From the NCBI RefSeq assembly GCF_028641065.1, contig NC_073385.1, forward strand, positions 60,698,001 to 60,762,000: a stretch of 64,000 nt of DNA. The letters are read 5' to 3'. The stretch comes from Leucoraja erinacea (lineage: Eukaryota). A model generated the notes under the pieces. That model made no database searches and was not told the origin of the DNA. It saw only the letters and a list, made by a program, of their open reading frames with translations. The position numbers and the translations under genes were made by a program. Positions 63,399 through 64,000 of this stretch are shown here, piece after piece. The number at the start of each line of letters is the position of its first letter. Within the stretch, counting starts at the first letter, position 1.

Positions 63399-63527
63399 TT
63401 CTGAGTGCCAGATGTCGGCCGTTTCTAAAATACTCCGTAATGGTCCGAGTTTTCATGTTACGTTCAATTTTCTCCAGATTGTCTCTTCTGTTTGCATACC
63501 ACTCTGTCACCTTCAGAAAAGAAGTAC
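63399..63527 (-). CDS. DRC7: DRC7 exon (gene continues past window end)
   Basis: TSFLKVTEWYANRRDNLEKIERNMKTRTITEYFRNGRHLALR, 129 nt, cacag|...|gtgaga. Confidence 0.92.
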
Positions 63528-64000
63528 CTGTGGATGACAGAGAGAAATACTTTGAATTTAGTTTTCATTCTACCGTGTCTTCTATCGTATACTTCTCACT
63601 GTCACTGATGAGATTAATAATGTAGACATATTAACACTTTCACATTAATACATTTCAGTTCTAATTCTGTTCTCTTCATAGAATTTTATTCTTTTCAGTA
63701 AAAAGGAAATGAAGAATGAAAATTATATATTGAAGAATGAGTAATTTCCTATCATAGTTTTGTGATATTCTTACTGCTGAAGTAAGGACTTCTACTCTAG
63801 GTGGATTTTATTTATTTCATTGATGTACTTGAGTGTCTCAACCAAATGAGGAAAAATCAAACACAAAGCGTTCATCGGTCAATTTTTGATCATGTTTAAA
63901 GTGAAATTGGTGTGGCTGTTATGGAAGTATCTATTGTTCAGTTGGTTTATTATATGGTGTCCAAATAAGAGAAAATGCATATGTGAACTGCTGGAATTGA

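Overview
Vertebrate genomic DNA, most likely a cartilaginous fish (skate or ray), judged from HE1-type tRNA SINEs, CR1/HER1-like LINEs and abundant Penelope-like elements. Three spliced genes can be reconstructed by hand. (1) The 5' half of KNL1/CASC5 on the minus strand: exon 1 near 21.9 kb, ATG at 19608, GILK and RVSF PP1 motifs, KI1/KI2 motifs, and a giant exon (4409 to beyond position 1) carrying a recently amplified array of about seven ~294-bp units with two MELT motifs each and one apparent 1-bp frameshift at ~2852. (2) KNSTRN/SKAP on the plus strand (CDS 26546-37043), head-to-head with KNL1 across a CpG-rich bidirectional promoter. (3) The last eight coding exons of DRC7/CCDC135 on the minus strand (63527 down to the stop at 41726), convergent with KNSTRN. 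Most remaining sequence is transposon-derived: Tc1, several palindromic MITE families, CR1, Rex1/Babar, Tx1, SINEs, and Penelope elements with hammerhead-ribozyme-like cores. I found no clearly novel protein system. The most interesting signals are the MELT array architecture, the shared kinetochore-gene promoter, the hammerhead cores and an apparent CR1 self-insertion site. All gene identifications are from recalled similarity, not database searches.
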